From NCBI RefSeq assembly GCF_018350175.1, contig NC_058375.1, forward strand, positions 202,554,001-202,618,000: DNA of 64,000 bases. Reading direction: 5' to 3'. Numbering within the stretch: position 1 is the stretch's first letter; each line of letters begins with the position of its first letter. This stretch comes from Felis catus (lineage: Eukaryota). Shown here in pieces: positions 28,313 through 40,552 of the stretch. The position numbers were made by a program, and so were the translations under genes. The notes under the pieces are model-generated. The model saw only the letters and a list, made by a program, of their open reading frames with translations. It had not been told where the DNA came from and ran no database searches.

Positions 28313-28980
28313 GTCTTCTCCGGCCCACAGCCGGAACCGGAAATACTCTCGGGGAAGTCGGAGGCGGCAGGTTAAGGGAGGGAACGAGGGAGGGTGGCTA
28401 CGGGCCGTTTCTAGGCAACCATAGACTCCAGGTCCTTAGTGGGTCCTGATGGCCAAGAGAGGGATCGGAAGTGCCCTAGAAAGTGCCTATGGGTGGTCCG
28501 ACGACTCTCCAATACTTCTGAAAGCCTTTGTCCTCTGAACCTCTCTGACCAGTTCCAGCGAGCACATGTGGTAACAATGGGAGTCTAAAGAGAAAGGCAG
28601 CGGGGGTGGAAAAGAATTATAAGTCAGGCAAAATCCACAGGCAGCCGGAAGGGGCGGGGCTGAAGGCCAGGGCCTGCATCCCCCGGCCTGAGGAGCTTGA
28701 AGCTCCTAGGCTGGGGGTGAGAGTGGGGCTCCGGTCTGCGAAGCGCGGGCAGGTGGCACTGGCGGGGGTATTGAGGAGGTTGGCGGTGGCAGGAACCTGG
28801 GGAGACTGGAAGGGGCGGGGTCGGTAGGCGAGGCTGGATGGAAGGGGCGGGGTCGGGTGGGCGAGGCGGGACGGAGGGGGCGGGGCCGAGGGGAGAAGCT
28901 GGATTGAAGAAGAGGGGGAGCGGTCGAGTGGGCGGAGCTGTGTGGAGAGGGGCGTGGGGCACGGGTTTCGGTGGGAACGA
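28040..28980. promoter_or_regulatory. CpG island / bidirectional promoter of RNF25 and STK36
   Basis: CpG-rich, tandem ETS/GABP sites CCGGAACCGGAAAT at 28331-28344, X-box 28407-28419, several GGGGCGGGG boxes; divergent start codons at 28312 (-) and 29250 (+). Confidence 0.85.
28407..28419. promoter_or_regulatory. RFX X-box-like element GTTTCTAGGCAAC
   Basis: Close match to the RFX palindromic consensus GTTNC(N)nRGYAAC in the STK36/RNF25 promoter. Confidence 0.6.
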
Positions 28981-29249
28981 GGTTGGGTTGGGGGCCAGGA
29001 GGAGGTTGAAAAGGAGGGAGAACAAGAGGCTCTCTGTTTGCTCCCAAGATCTCATCTTTCCATCCACTCCACCCTACCATGTTTTTGAGGCCTGGATTAT
29101 TATGAAAAAGGAAAAGGCAAGGTGGCTAACATAAACCTTTCTTTTATGCCCAACCCAGGCCTCCTAGATGTGTGGAGCTGTCCCTGGAGCTGTAGCCCTT
29201 CACCACCATCTCTACCTCCTTCCATCTGAAGGATCCTGAAATCTCTGTC

Positions 29250-32200
29250 ATGGAGAAGTACCACGTGTTGGAGATGATCGGAGAAGGCTCTTTTGGGAGG
29301 GTGTACAAGGGTCGAAGAAAATACAGTGCTCAGGTGGTGAACAAGGAGGGATATCTCTTGGGTGGGATTCTACAGGGACCAGAATACGGACCTGTATTCC
29401 AAAGGCACTGACTCGGTCATTCCTCTTGTGGAGTGTGTGCTCTAATATTGGATTACTAGGTTCAGACCCAAATCCACCATTTCTAGCCTTAGAACTGTGG
29501 ATAAGTTACTTAAACTCTCAATGTCTCAGTTTCCTCATCTGTAGAATGAAGATGAGAACAGTATCTGATTGATGGGTCTTGAGGATTAAATATGATTCAT
29601 GCTGAATCACTACATTAGTATAGTGTCTGGCACCTAGTAAACAATAAATTTTATTTTTATTATTGTTATTGTCTATCATACCACGCAGGAAGAGATAAAC
29701 CACCTTAACTTTATTCTTCCTTCTTCATTTTCTTCTTCCTTCTCTTTCCCCTAAATCTTTTAAATTTTTGCCCAGAGTTCTTTACCCAGATCAGAACACC
29801 TCTTCCAGATTCCACCAAAGGGATCTGTCTGGCAGAGGCTGTTTTCTCCTAGGGCAAGAGGTGGGGGGAGTCTGGATAAGGCCAGGGTACTGTAAGGAAG
29901 AGGAGTAGGAGACTAGCAGGTAATGAGAATTTGCCCAAACAATCTGAAGCCTGAGTTCTGGAGCTCTGAGGTGAATGTTTCAATAGCATGGTTAGGCCTT
30001 GACTCTTCTTCTTACCACTGACAGGTGGTGGCTCTGAAGTTCATTCCAAAACTGGGACGTTCAGAGAAGGAGCTGAGGAATCTGCAACGAGAGATTGAAA
30101 TCATGCGGGGTCTGCGGCATCCCAACATTGTGCATATGCTTGACAGCTTTGAAACTGACAAAGAGGTGCACTTCAGTTTTGGGTCACCTCTCCCCAGGAA
30201 GAAGGGTCCCCCAAATTTCCCAGCCTCAGAATGCATAAATCTGGAGCCATCAGTACCATTGCCTTCTCCCTGCAGGTGGTGGTGGTGACAGACTATGCTG
30301 AGGGAGAGCTCTTTCAGATCTTGGAAGATGATGGAAAACTTCCAGAAGACCAGGTATGTTTCCTAGCTCAAACTTGTCCCCTACCCTGACCTCTTTTCAG
30401 ATTAAGGACTGGTAGCAAAAGCTGAGGGCACTGAGATTCTCCATTTTGAAAACTCCTGAGGAAACTATAAGAGTCTAGGTATATATAGAGACAGTGTGGC
30501 ATGTCAGTAAAGTAGGTGAACACTGGAGCCAAAATCTCTGAGTACAGAGTTGTCTCTGCCACTTTCTAGCTGGATCCTTTTGGGCGAGTTACCTTAACTT
30601 CTTAGCACTCAGTTTCCTCATTTATTATTATTATTTTTTTAAATTTTTTTTTAACGTTTATTTATTTTTGAGACAGAGAGAGACAGAGCATGAACGGGGG
30701 AGGGGCAGAGAGCGAGGGAGACACAGAATGAGAAACAGGCTCCAGGCTCTGAGCCACCAGTTCAGAGCCCGACGCGGGGCTCGAACTCACAGACCGCGAG
30801 ATCGTGACCTGGCTGAAGTCGGACGCTTAACCGACTGAGCCACCCAGGCGCCCCCCAGTTTCCTCATTTAAAAATGGATGTCATCGGGGTGCCTGGGTGG
30901 CTCAGTCGGTTAAGCGTACGACTTCAGTTCAGGTCACGATCCCGCGGTCCGTGATTTCAAGCCCCGCGTCGGGCTCTGGGCTGATGGCTCAGAGCCTGGA
31001 GCCTGCTTCCCATTCTGTGTCTCCCTCTCTCTCTGCCCCTCCCCCATTCATGCTCTGTCTCTCTCTGTCTCAAAAATAAATAAACGTTAAAAAAAATTTT
31101 AAAAATAAAAAAAATAAAAAAAAATAAAATAAAAATGGATGTCATTTTAATGTCTGTCTCATGAGACTATTGTGAAGATTAATGAATTCATGTAAAGCAT
31201 TTAAATCTTTAAAAAAATTTTTTTTTGATTTTTGAGAGAGAGAGAAAGCTCGAGCATGGGAGAGGCAGAGAGAGAAGGAGAGAGAGAGAATCCCAAGTAG
31301 GCTGTGCACTATCAGCATGGACCCCGATGTGGGGCTCAAACCCATGAACTGTGAGATCATGCCCTGAGCCAAAGTTGGATGCTTAACTGACTGAAACATC
31401 CAGGCACCCCTCATATAAAGCATTTAAAAGAGTGCCTGATGCACAGTATTCAACATTCCTGTTATTAATGCTTTTGCTGTCACCAGATAGCACGTGTGGT
31501 GGTACCAGAGAGGGCAGGAAGGGAATAAGAGTTGTTATCAAGGCAGGATTCACCACCAAGACCTGCTGGTTGGCAGTGGGATTTGGTGGAACACATTCTC
31601 CAGCCACACTCATTCTAGGGATTTCTCTGTACTCTAACAAGTAGCCCCCCTCCCCAGGACTTCCTGTTGTAGCAATCAATTTCTTTCTAAGCATTGTCGT
31701 TTGTAAGTCATCATCGTACTTATTTTGTCCGTCTTGTTTGTTGTCTGATTACTTGTCTTGAGAAAAAAGACTTTGTCTTGTTTAATAACAGCTAATGTAG
31801 AGGCACCTGGGTGGCTCAGTCAGTTGAGCATCCAACTTCGGCTCAGGTCATGATCTCCCGGTCTGTGAGTTCGAGCCCTGCGTCAGGATCTGTGCTGATG
31901 GCTCAGAGCTTGGAGTCTGTTTCTGATTCTGTGTCTTCCCCTCTCTCTGCCCCTCCACCACTTGTGCTCCGTCTGTCTCTCTCAAAAACTAAATAAACAA
32001 AAAAAATTTTTTTTTTTAGTAACAGCTAATGTATATTGAAGGCTTACTAAATGCCAGGCACCATTCTGAGCATGGCATGCTTTGACTTGTTTAATCCTCA
32101 CAATAATCCTATAAAGGAGGTGGTATTATTATCATGAGCTTACAGATGATGCATATGAGAGGCACGAGATAATTTGCTCATCCCAGGTCACAGCTAGTGA

Positions 32201-33268
32201 GACTCAATACATTTTCCTTGAACGAGTGAATGAACAAATGAAAGAATGAGTGAATGGGAGTCAAGAGCTAAGGAAGATGTGGGAAGCTCTGGAAGAAAGA
32301 GCAAGAAGGGAAGATCTCATCAGTAATTTAGGGAAATGTCTTTGGGCTCGTCAGTAGGCTCCTTCCTCTGGCCTCTCCTTTCCTTCCCCTGCCTGTTTGA
32401 CCCCTAGGTTCAGGCCATTGCTGCCCAGTTGGTGTCCGCTCTGTACTATCTGCATTCCCACCGCATTCTCCACCGTGACATGAAACCTCAGAACATCCTC
32501 CTTGCCAAGGGTGGTGGCATCAAGCTCTGTGACTTTGGGTGAGGACCCTGACCTTCTGTCTCAGCTTCCAGTTCTTCAAGGAGTCTTCGACCATATGCTT
32601 AACTTACCTGGACCTCATTTTAGAACCTGAGCTAAAAGACTGGGGGTTCCTGTTGGGTCTTTGGAAGGTGTTCTCTGTTTGAGTTTGGGATATCTCACAC
32701 CATGATAGGCCTTGTTTTTATTGAATATGTTTTTTCTCTTCCCAACTCTGTTCCCTCATCTCCTGCAGATTTGCCCGGGCAATGAGCACCAACACGATGG
32801 TGCTGACATCCATCAAAGGCACACCACTTTATATGTCTCCAGAGCTGGTGGAAGAGCGACCTTACGACCACACTGCAGACCTCTGGTCTGTGGGCTGCAT
32901 ACTGTATGAGCTGGCTGTGGGCACCCCTCCCTTCTACACTACCAGCATCTTTCAGTTGGTCAGCCTCATTCTCAAGGACCCTGTGCGCTGGCCGACCACC
33001 ATTAGTCCTTGCTTCAAGGTAATGAACGTCGAAAGGGAGATTACTTTTGCATTAGAAACCTGTCTTCCTCTGCCCTGGTTCCCTTTTCCAAAATCTGGGG
33101 CAAGACTCTGCCGTTACTGAACTAATGTGGGAGCTGGGCCAAGCTGCGTTGCTTTTCTGCTGCAGGGGCTTATTCTGGGAGCTTATTCTAAACTCTGCAG
33201 AATTTGGGAATACCAGCCAGCCCCTCCTTGGGGCGGGCTATTCATATACATAGTGGGCTATTCATATG

Positions 33269-33299
<31 letters not shown>

Positions 33300-35415
33300 T
33301 CATATGTATGTATGTGTGTATATATGTGTGTGTTTTTTTAAGTCTATTTATTTGTTTTAAGAGAAAGCACGTACGCGTGGTGGGGAGGGACAGAGAGAGA
33401 CGGGAGAGAGAGAATCCCAAGCAGGCTCTGCTCTAGTGCAGAGCCCAATGTGGGGCTTGAACTCACGAACCTGTGAGATCATGACCTGAGCTGAAATCAA
33501 GAGTTAGATGTTTACCCCACCGAGCCACCCAGGTGCCCCCTGGGGCAGGCTATTCTTTATCACAATGGTAAGGTAGTTTCAAGCCACCAGAGACAGAAAC
33601 TGTCCTTTTACACATCCTCTCTTCCACTTACTTCCTATCAGATGCAAAGTCCTCATGATATCTAGATTTGCCCACAGACCTCTTAGTCTTCTTCCTGAAA
33701 GAAGGAATCTTCAGAAATCCAAATGGCCAGAGCTAGTGGGGCTAGATCAGCGATGAGGGGCAGATGATAGAAGTGGTATCTGTTGATTGCAGCTAAGTCT
33801 CAGGAGGTGAGGGAGGGAGGGAGAATAAAGAGTTGACCCTTTTTATTTCTTATCTAGGGCAAAATTTGGGCCCTCAATGGAATTTAAGTGCAACCTTTTC
33901 CCAGAGTGCAGTCTCATTATAACTTTCCCTTGGCCTGTCTAAGATGAAAAGGGACAAGTTTCTCCCTAACCTATTTAGTTGGGGAGGCTCAAATAATTAT
34001 CAAAAAGAATCTAAGCAAAAGAAATTTAAGTGGGTGATCTACATAGGATATTCATTCTCCCTTAGAGCAGACAGGCAGGCATCTTCAGCAAGAGCCACAA
34101 ATACTAATCACCTTGTTTTAGAACAGTGGTCATAATTGACCAGTACCTTCTATCCCTATTGTAGGCCCAACTGGGGATTTTCCCAAGGATACACCATAAC
34201 AGATACACCCTTTTCAGAGGCAGTCTCCCTTCCCTTCTGCCATCTCAAGACTTGCTGAAAGATTTCTGTTTTTCTGTGCTCCCAAACACATCTTTACACA
34301 ATGACTTGTGTGTGAGTGTGCTTTTAACCACCAATGCTTCTGGTCCTACCCAGCTGCAAACAAACCCGCAACCAAAGGGAGGGCAAAGTGAGCAATTCGG
34401 ACTCTTTTGAATGTTTGCTTTCTGAAGATGATTGTGAAGGTGACAGTAAGTCTCTGGACAGGAATTGGGGCTCTGCAGGAGGTGAGGCAGAGAAGCCTGT
34501 CCCTGAAGCCAGCTAAATGAGGCCTAAGGATAGGATTAGAGAGGGCGTGGTCAAGACCAGCTAGTTTGCTGATGGAACGGACTCAGGAGTCTTGGTTTCC
34601 TGGTTCTGCTGGTGAGTTAGAGGGAGTCTGTAGGAAAGCGATGACCCATGGGGTATTTTTTCTCTCCACAGAACTTCCTGCAGGGACTGCTCACCAAGGA
34701 CCCTAGGCAGCGTCTGTCCTGGCCAGATCTCTTACATCACCCCTTTATAGCTGGTCGTGTCACCAGTGAGTCATTGGGGTTCCCAGGGCTTTTGCACTTC
34801 CCTGGTGCTCTTTCCAATCTACCCCCTTCCCCCAGTGTCTGGATGTAACATGTCTGCTTTACCCTACCAGCTGGAACTTTCTTCCTAATCTTTTGCCTAA
34901 CCTTTGGCACTTCTCTTGCAACCCCACTCCCTCTTTGTCACATTGTCAAAATGGCCTCCTTCCACAGAAGCCTGAGGACACTGAAGTTGTCTCTGGCCAA
35001 GTGGAGATGGTGGTGCAGCCCCAGTGTGATCACATATTCTCCCTCTTCTTCCCTACAGTAATAACTGAACCAGCAGGCCCAGATTTGGGTACCCCATTCA
35101 CCAGTCGCCTACCCCCAGAACTTCAGGTCCTAAAGGACCAACAGGCACACCAGCTGGCCCCCAAGGGCAATCGTTCTCGAATCTTGCGACAAGCCTGTAA
35201 ACGCATGGCTGAGGAGGCCAAGCAGAAGGTATGTGGACAGAAGGGAATATGTGACATGACCAGCCTAGTGACCGAGAGAATTGGAGAAGGAAGGTTGAGA
35301 AAGGGCCATGAATAGGTTTCATTCTGCCCTCTGAGTAGGTACCATTCATACTTATGAATGATTTTGTTTTGTTTTTAAATTTATTCATTTTGAGAAAGGG
35401 CATGCGCAGGGGAGG

Positions 35416-35463
<48 letters not shown>

Positions 35464-38448
35464 CCCAAGCCGGCTCCACACTGTCCGCTCAGAGCCTGAT
35501 GCAGGGCTCGAACTCAGGAACCACAAGATCATGACCTGAGCCAAAACCAAGAGTCAGATGCTTAACCCACTGAGCTACCCAGGCAGCCCACCCCACAACC
35601 AAATAGTTTTGATTCAGTGTGTCTCCTGCCCATTTCCCACAGAAACACCAGAACACAGGACCTGCCCTTGAGCAAGAGGACAGGACCAGCAAGATGGCTT
35701 CTGGCACAGCCCCTCTGCCTAGACTAAGAGCCACTCCTCAGGAACCAGGCCTCTTGGCTGGGATCTTGGCCTCAGAAATGAAGAACAGCTGGGCTGAGTG
35801 GGGGGCTGGAGAGGCCCCCCCTGTACCTCGGTGAGGAGGGGCTGTTTATAGATGGAGGTCCCTTGAAGATCTTTGGTTTTAGTCCAAACAAATACAAAAT
35901 GGTGTCTATCACTAGCCACCACCTAAGTATGGACAGGGCCCTCGGAATCCAGGTCCTGTGTTCTTGAATTCCGATTCTGGATACTTTCCTGATTCATCAG
36001 TGGAAATGGGAATTTTCCTTTCTTTATGCCTCAGTTGTACATTAACTGAGAAGGAAAGAATTGTCTCCATGTAAAAGGGAAGATATTTGAGTTGAGAACT
36101 ACAGGTGAAAACTGCCAAGGTAGGCTTGAGAGTAAGGTTCAAAGTGGAAGGGCAGTCAAGGATATGTGTAGTGGTCAACATCCTGTCCTGCCATATCGTA
36201 GAAGAAAGCTCTTTTCTATCCAGTCCTATATGGCTCGTTTTTCATTCGTATCTTGGGCCTAGAGAGAGGAATATGTAGATGAACCCTAAGCCTCACAGGT
36301 CTGGAACTCTTCCTGTTCCCTGTTCCTCTGGCAGGGAAAACCAGATCAGCCAGGATTCTGAACCAGCTCTCCTAGAGCTGAGGCCAGAGGTGGTGAGCCA
36401 GCGGAGCATTGATGCAGTGGACCTAGAAAATGAGGTGAGCTGTGGGGGCCCCTCTTGGCCTTGACCTTGCCATCAGATGTTGGGTCTGGGTACATGTTTT
36501 TCTAGAACAGTGATTCCCAACCATCCAAGAACAAGCTCCCCTGGTGTCAAAAATTGCTTTCGTACTATTAATTTGTAGATTTTTAATTGCACAGTATAAA
36601 CATGCAATTATCAAAAATTGGAACACATGGGTAGAAATGAAAGTCCTTCTTGCGTCTTACCCCAGTTCCAGAGGTGTCTGCCATTATTAGTTTAGTCTTT
36701 CTTTTTCCAAATGTTTGCACTTCTACATGTATGTATACGCATACATAGAAATCTGTAGTTTGACTATTTTAATGTTATTGAGTTCACACTACATGTACTG
36801 TTTTGCATCATGCCTCTCTTACCAGATGATCCATTTTGGAGATCTTTCTACATCTGAACATATAATTCTACCTTAATCTTTTCTGGCTCTTTTTGGGGGG
36901 GGGTAGTTAACTTTTTATTTTGAAATAGTTTCAAGTTTCAAGAATAATTGTGAGGATACCACAAAGAATTCCTGTATGCCCTTCATCCAGATTCACCAAC
37001 TCTTCAAATTCTGCCACAGTGGCTTTATGATTTTCTCTCTGTATATGTCTGCTTATATAAGGGTGTATCCTCTTTCTTGAGTCATTTTAGGGTAAGATGC
37101 AATCATGTCCCTTTACCCCTAAGCACTTTAGTGCACACTGGTTAAGAACAAGATCCTTGACCTACACTACTACAGTACATTACAGAAGCCAGAAATTTAA
37201 CGTTGATATAATTCTGCTACTTGATCTATAATCCATATTCAAAGTTTGCCAATTGGTTCAGTACTATTCCTTATAGCAAAAAAAAATTTTTCCTGGTCCA
37301 TGATACAATCCAGGGTTATGCATTGCTTTCATTGTTATATCTCATTAGTTTCCTTTAATCTGGAATAGTTCCTAGTCTTTCTTTGTCTTTCATGACTGAC
37401 AGTTTTGGGGTACACAGGCCAGTAATTTTGGAGAATGTTCCTCAAATTGATACTTTCTCATGATTAAATTCATTTATGCAGTTTTGGTCAGAATACTACA
37501 TTAGTGATGTGTCCTCAGTACTATAATCTTTTTTTTTCTATTTTTTTTTTGTTTTTTTATTTTATATTTGAGAGAGAGAGACAGAGCATGAGGAGGGGAG
37601 AGGCAGAGAGACAGAGACAGAATCCGAAGCAGGCTCCAAGCTCTGAGCTGTCAGCACAGAGCCTGACATGGGGCTTGAACCCACGAACCATGAGATCATG
37701 ACCCGAGCCGAAGTCGGACTCTCGGACACTTAACCGACTGAGCCACCCAGGCGCCCGAGTACTATAATCTTTTTAATAACTTCATCATATTTCTTAATAT
37801 GGGTGTGCCATGATTTATTATTCCCTTACTGATTGCCTTTATGACATTGCCAATTTTTTTTAATTATAAATGGACATATTGTAGGTACCTCTTTATGAAC
37901 ACATGCCAGTGTTCTCCAAGAGACTTCAAGACCTCTCACATACTGCCAAACTATACCTTTTTAAACCGGTGGTTGAAGCAAATACATCTGTGTTGAAGGA
38001 TTCCCTGGTTCTTGCATTTACTCCATGATTCTGCAGGTTGAGGGCTCCTACCCTTGAACCTTACACACTTCTGACCTTGTTCGTTCCCCTGTTCCTCAGG
38101 AGCCCGACAGCGATGATGAGTGGCAGCACCTGCTAGACACCGCTGACCCTGTGCCTGTCCAGCTGAAGGCCCCCCTCACTCTGCTGTGCAATCCTGACTT
38201 CTGCCAGCGCATCCAGGGTCAGCTGCGCGAGGCAGGAGGGCAGGTAACGGGCAGAAGGATACTGTGGATGGGATTAGACTATTTTAATCACAGGTGAGGT
38301 ATTAAAAAACATAAGGAGAAAAAGAAAGCTTGTCCCTTTCCAATTCTCTTGCAATCATCCACCTATTTAATTCAAGATTTGCTAACCTCCTTTAGTGACA
38401 CAGAAAGAACAGGCCTTGGGTTTCTCTTTCTTTCTTTTTTTTTAATGT

Positions 38449-38501
<53 letters not shown>

Positions 38502-40515
38502 ACGTTTATTTATTTTTGGGACAGAGAGAGACAGAGCATGAACGGGGGAGGGGCAGAGAGAGAGGGAGACGCAGAATCGGAAACAGGCTCCAGGCTCTGA
38601 GCCATCAGCCCAGAGCCTGACGCGGGGCTCGAACTCACGGACCGCGAGATCGTGACCTGGCTGAAGTCGGACGCTTAACCGACTGCGCCACCCAGGCGCC
38701 CCAAATGTTTATTTATTTTTGAGAGAGAGAGTGCAAATGGGGGAGGGGCAGAGAAAGGGAGATATAGAACTCGAAGCAGGCTCTAGGCTCTGAGCTATCA
38801 ACACAGAGCCTGACGTGGGGCTCAAACTCACGAACCGTGAGGTCATGACCTGAGCCGAAGTCAGATGCTTAACCAGCTGAGCCACCCGGGTGCCCCATTA
38901 GGTTCTCTTTCGGAAGGGAAGAGCATTTACCTAGAGCAGGGGTCAGCAGACTGATGGTAAACGTTTTAGGCATTGAAGAGCAAGAGGCAAAAATGGAGGG
39001 TATTATTTAGTACTTCCATAGTGAGAGAAAGCGCTTTTCCACGAAATCTTTCTTGATTAAATTTAAAATCTTAATTAAATCAGAAATTTAAAAAAATTTT
39101 AAATAAGTTAAAAATAAGTATACAATATTTTCTAATATAGGTATACTAATGAGAAGAATGAGATTCTTTTTTAAGGAATAATATTTTGATTAATTGGTAT
39201 TCATAGTGTTCTCTCTTACAAAGCCTTTCCTTTTTTTTAATTTTAATCTTAATTTTTTTTAATATGAAATTTATTGTCAAATTGGTTTCCGTACAACACC
39301 CAGTGCTCATCCCAACAGGTGCCCTCCTCAATGCCTATCCCCCGCTTTCCCTTCCCTCCCACCTCCCATCAACCCTCAGTTTGTTCTCAGGTTTTTTTTT
39401 TTGTTTGTTTTTTTTTTTAATTTTTTTTTTCAACGTTTATTTATTTTTGGGACAGAGAGAGACAGAGCATGAACGGGGGGAGGGGCAGAGAGAGAGGGAG
39501 ACACAGAATCAAAACAGGCTCCAGGCTCTGAGCCATCAGCCCAGAGCCTGATGTGGGGCTCGAACTCACGGACCGCGAGATCATGACCTGGCCGAAGTCG
39601 GATGCTTAACCGACTGCACCACCCAGGCACCCCTGTTCTCAGTTTTTTAAGAGTCTCTTATGTTTTGGCTCCCTCCCTCTCTAACCTTTTTTTTTTCCTT
39701 CCCCTCCCCCATGGTCTTCTGTTTAGTTTCTCAGGATCCACATAGGAGTGAAAACATATGGTATCTGTCTTTCTCTGTATGACTTATTTCACTTAGCATA
39801 ACACTCTCCAGTTCCATCCACATTGCTACAAAAGGCCATATTTCATTCTTTCTCATTGCCACGTAGTATTCCATTGTGTATATAAACCACAATTTCTTTA
39901 TCCATTCATCAGTTAATGGACATTTAGGCTTTTTCCATAATTTAAGCCTTTCGTTTTCTGAAACACCATGATCTTCCTTCCTGGGAACTTGCCGGAATAT
40001 GTTGCCTGCATTTCTTTCCTTCTATTTTCTTTAAAGTTTTTTTTAATGTTTTTTTTTTTAATTTATTTTTAAGACAGAGCATGAGTGGGGGAGGGGCAGA
40101 GATAGAGGGAGACACAGAATCTGAAGCAGGTTCCAGGCTCTGAGCCATCAGCACAGAGCCCGACGTGGGGCTCGAACTCACAAACTGTGAGATCATGACC
40201 TGAGCTGAAGTCGGACGCTCAACTGACTGAGCCACCCGGGCGCCGTTTTTGTTTTTGTTTTTTTTTTAAATGATTTTTAGGAAATTTACCAAGTTGTGAA
40301 ACTATCACTATAATCTAGTTTTAGAACATTCTTATCTCCCTAGTAAGATCCCTCATACCCATTTACAAGTCATTATCATTCCCAAAGCCCTGGTCCCAGG
40401 CAACCCCTAATCTACTTTCTGTCTCATAGATTTGCCTGTTCCAGGTAGTTCACATAAATGTAATCATACAGTACACAGTTTGGTGTTTTCTTTGTTGTTT
40501 TTTTAATGTTTATTT

Positions 40516-40552
<37 letters not shown>

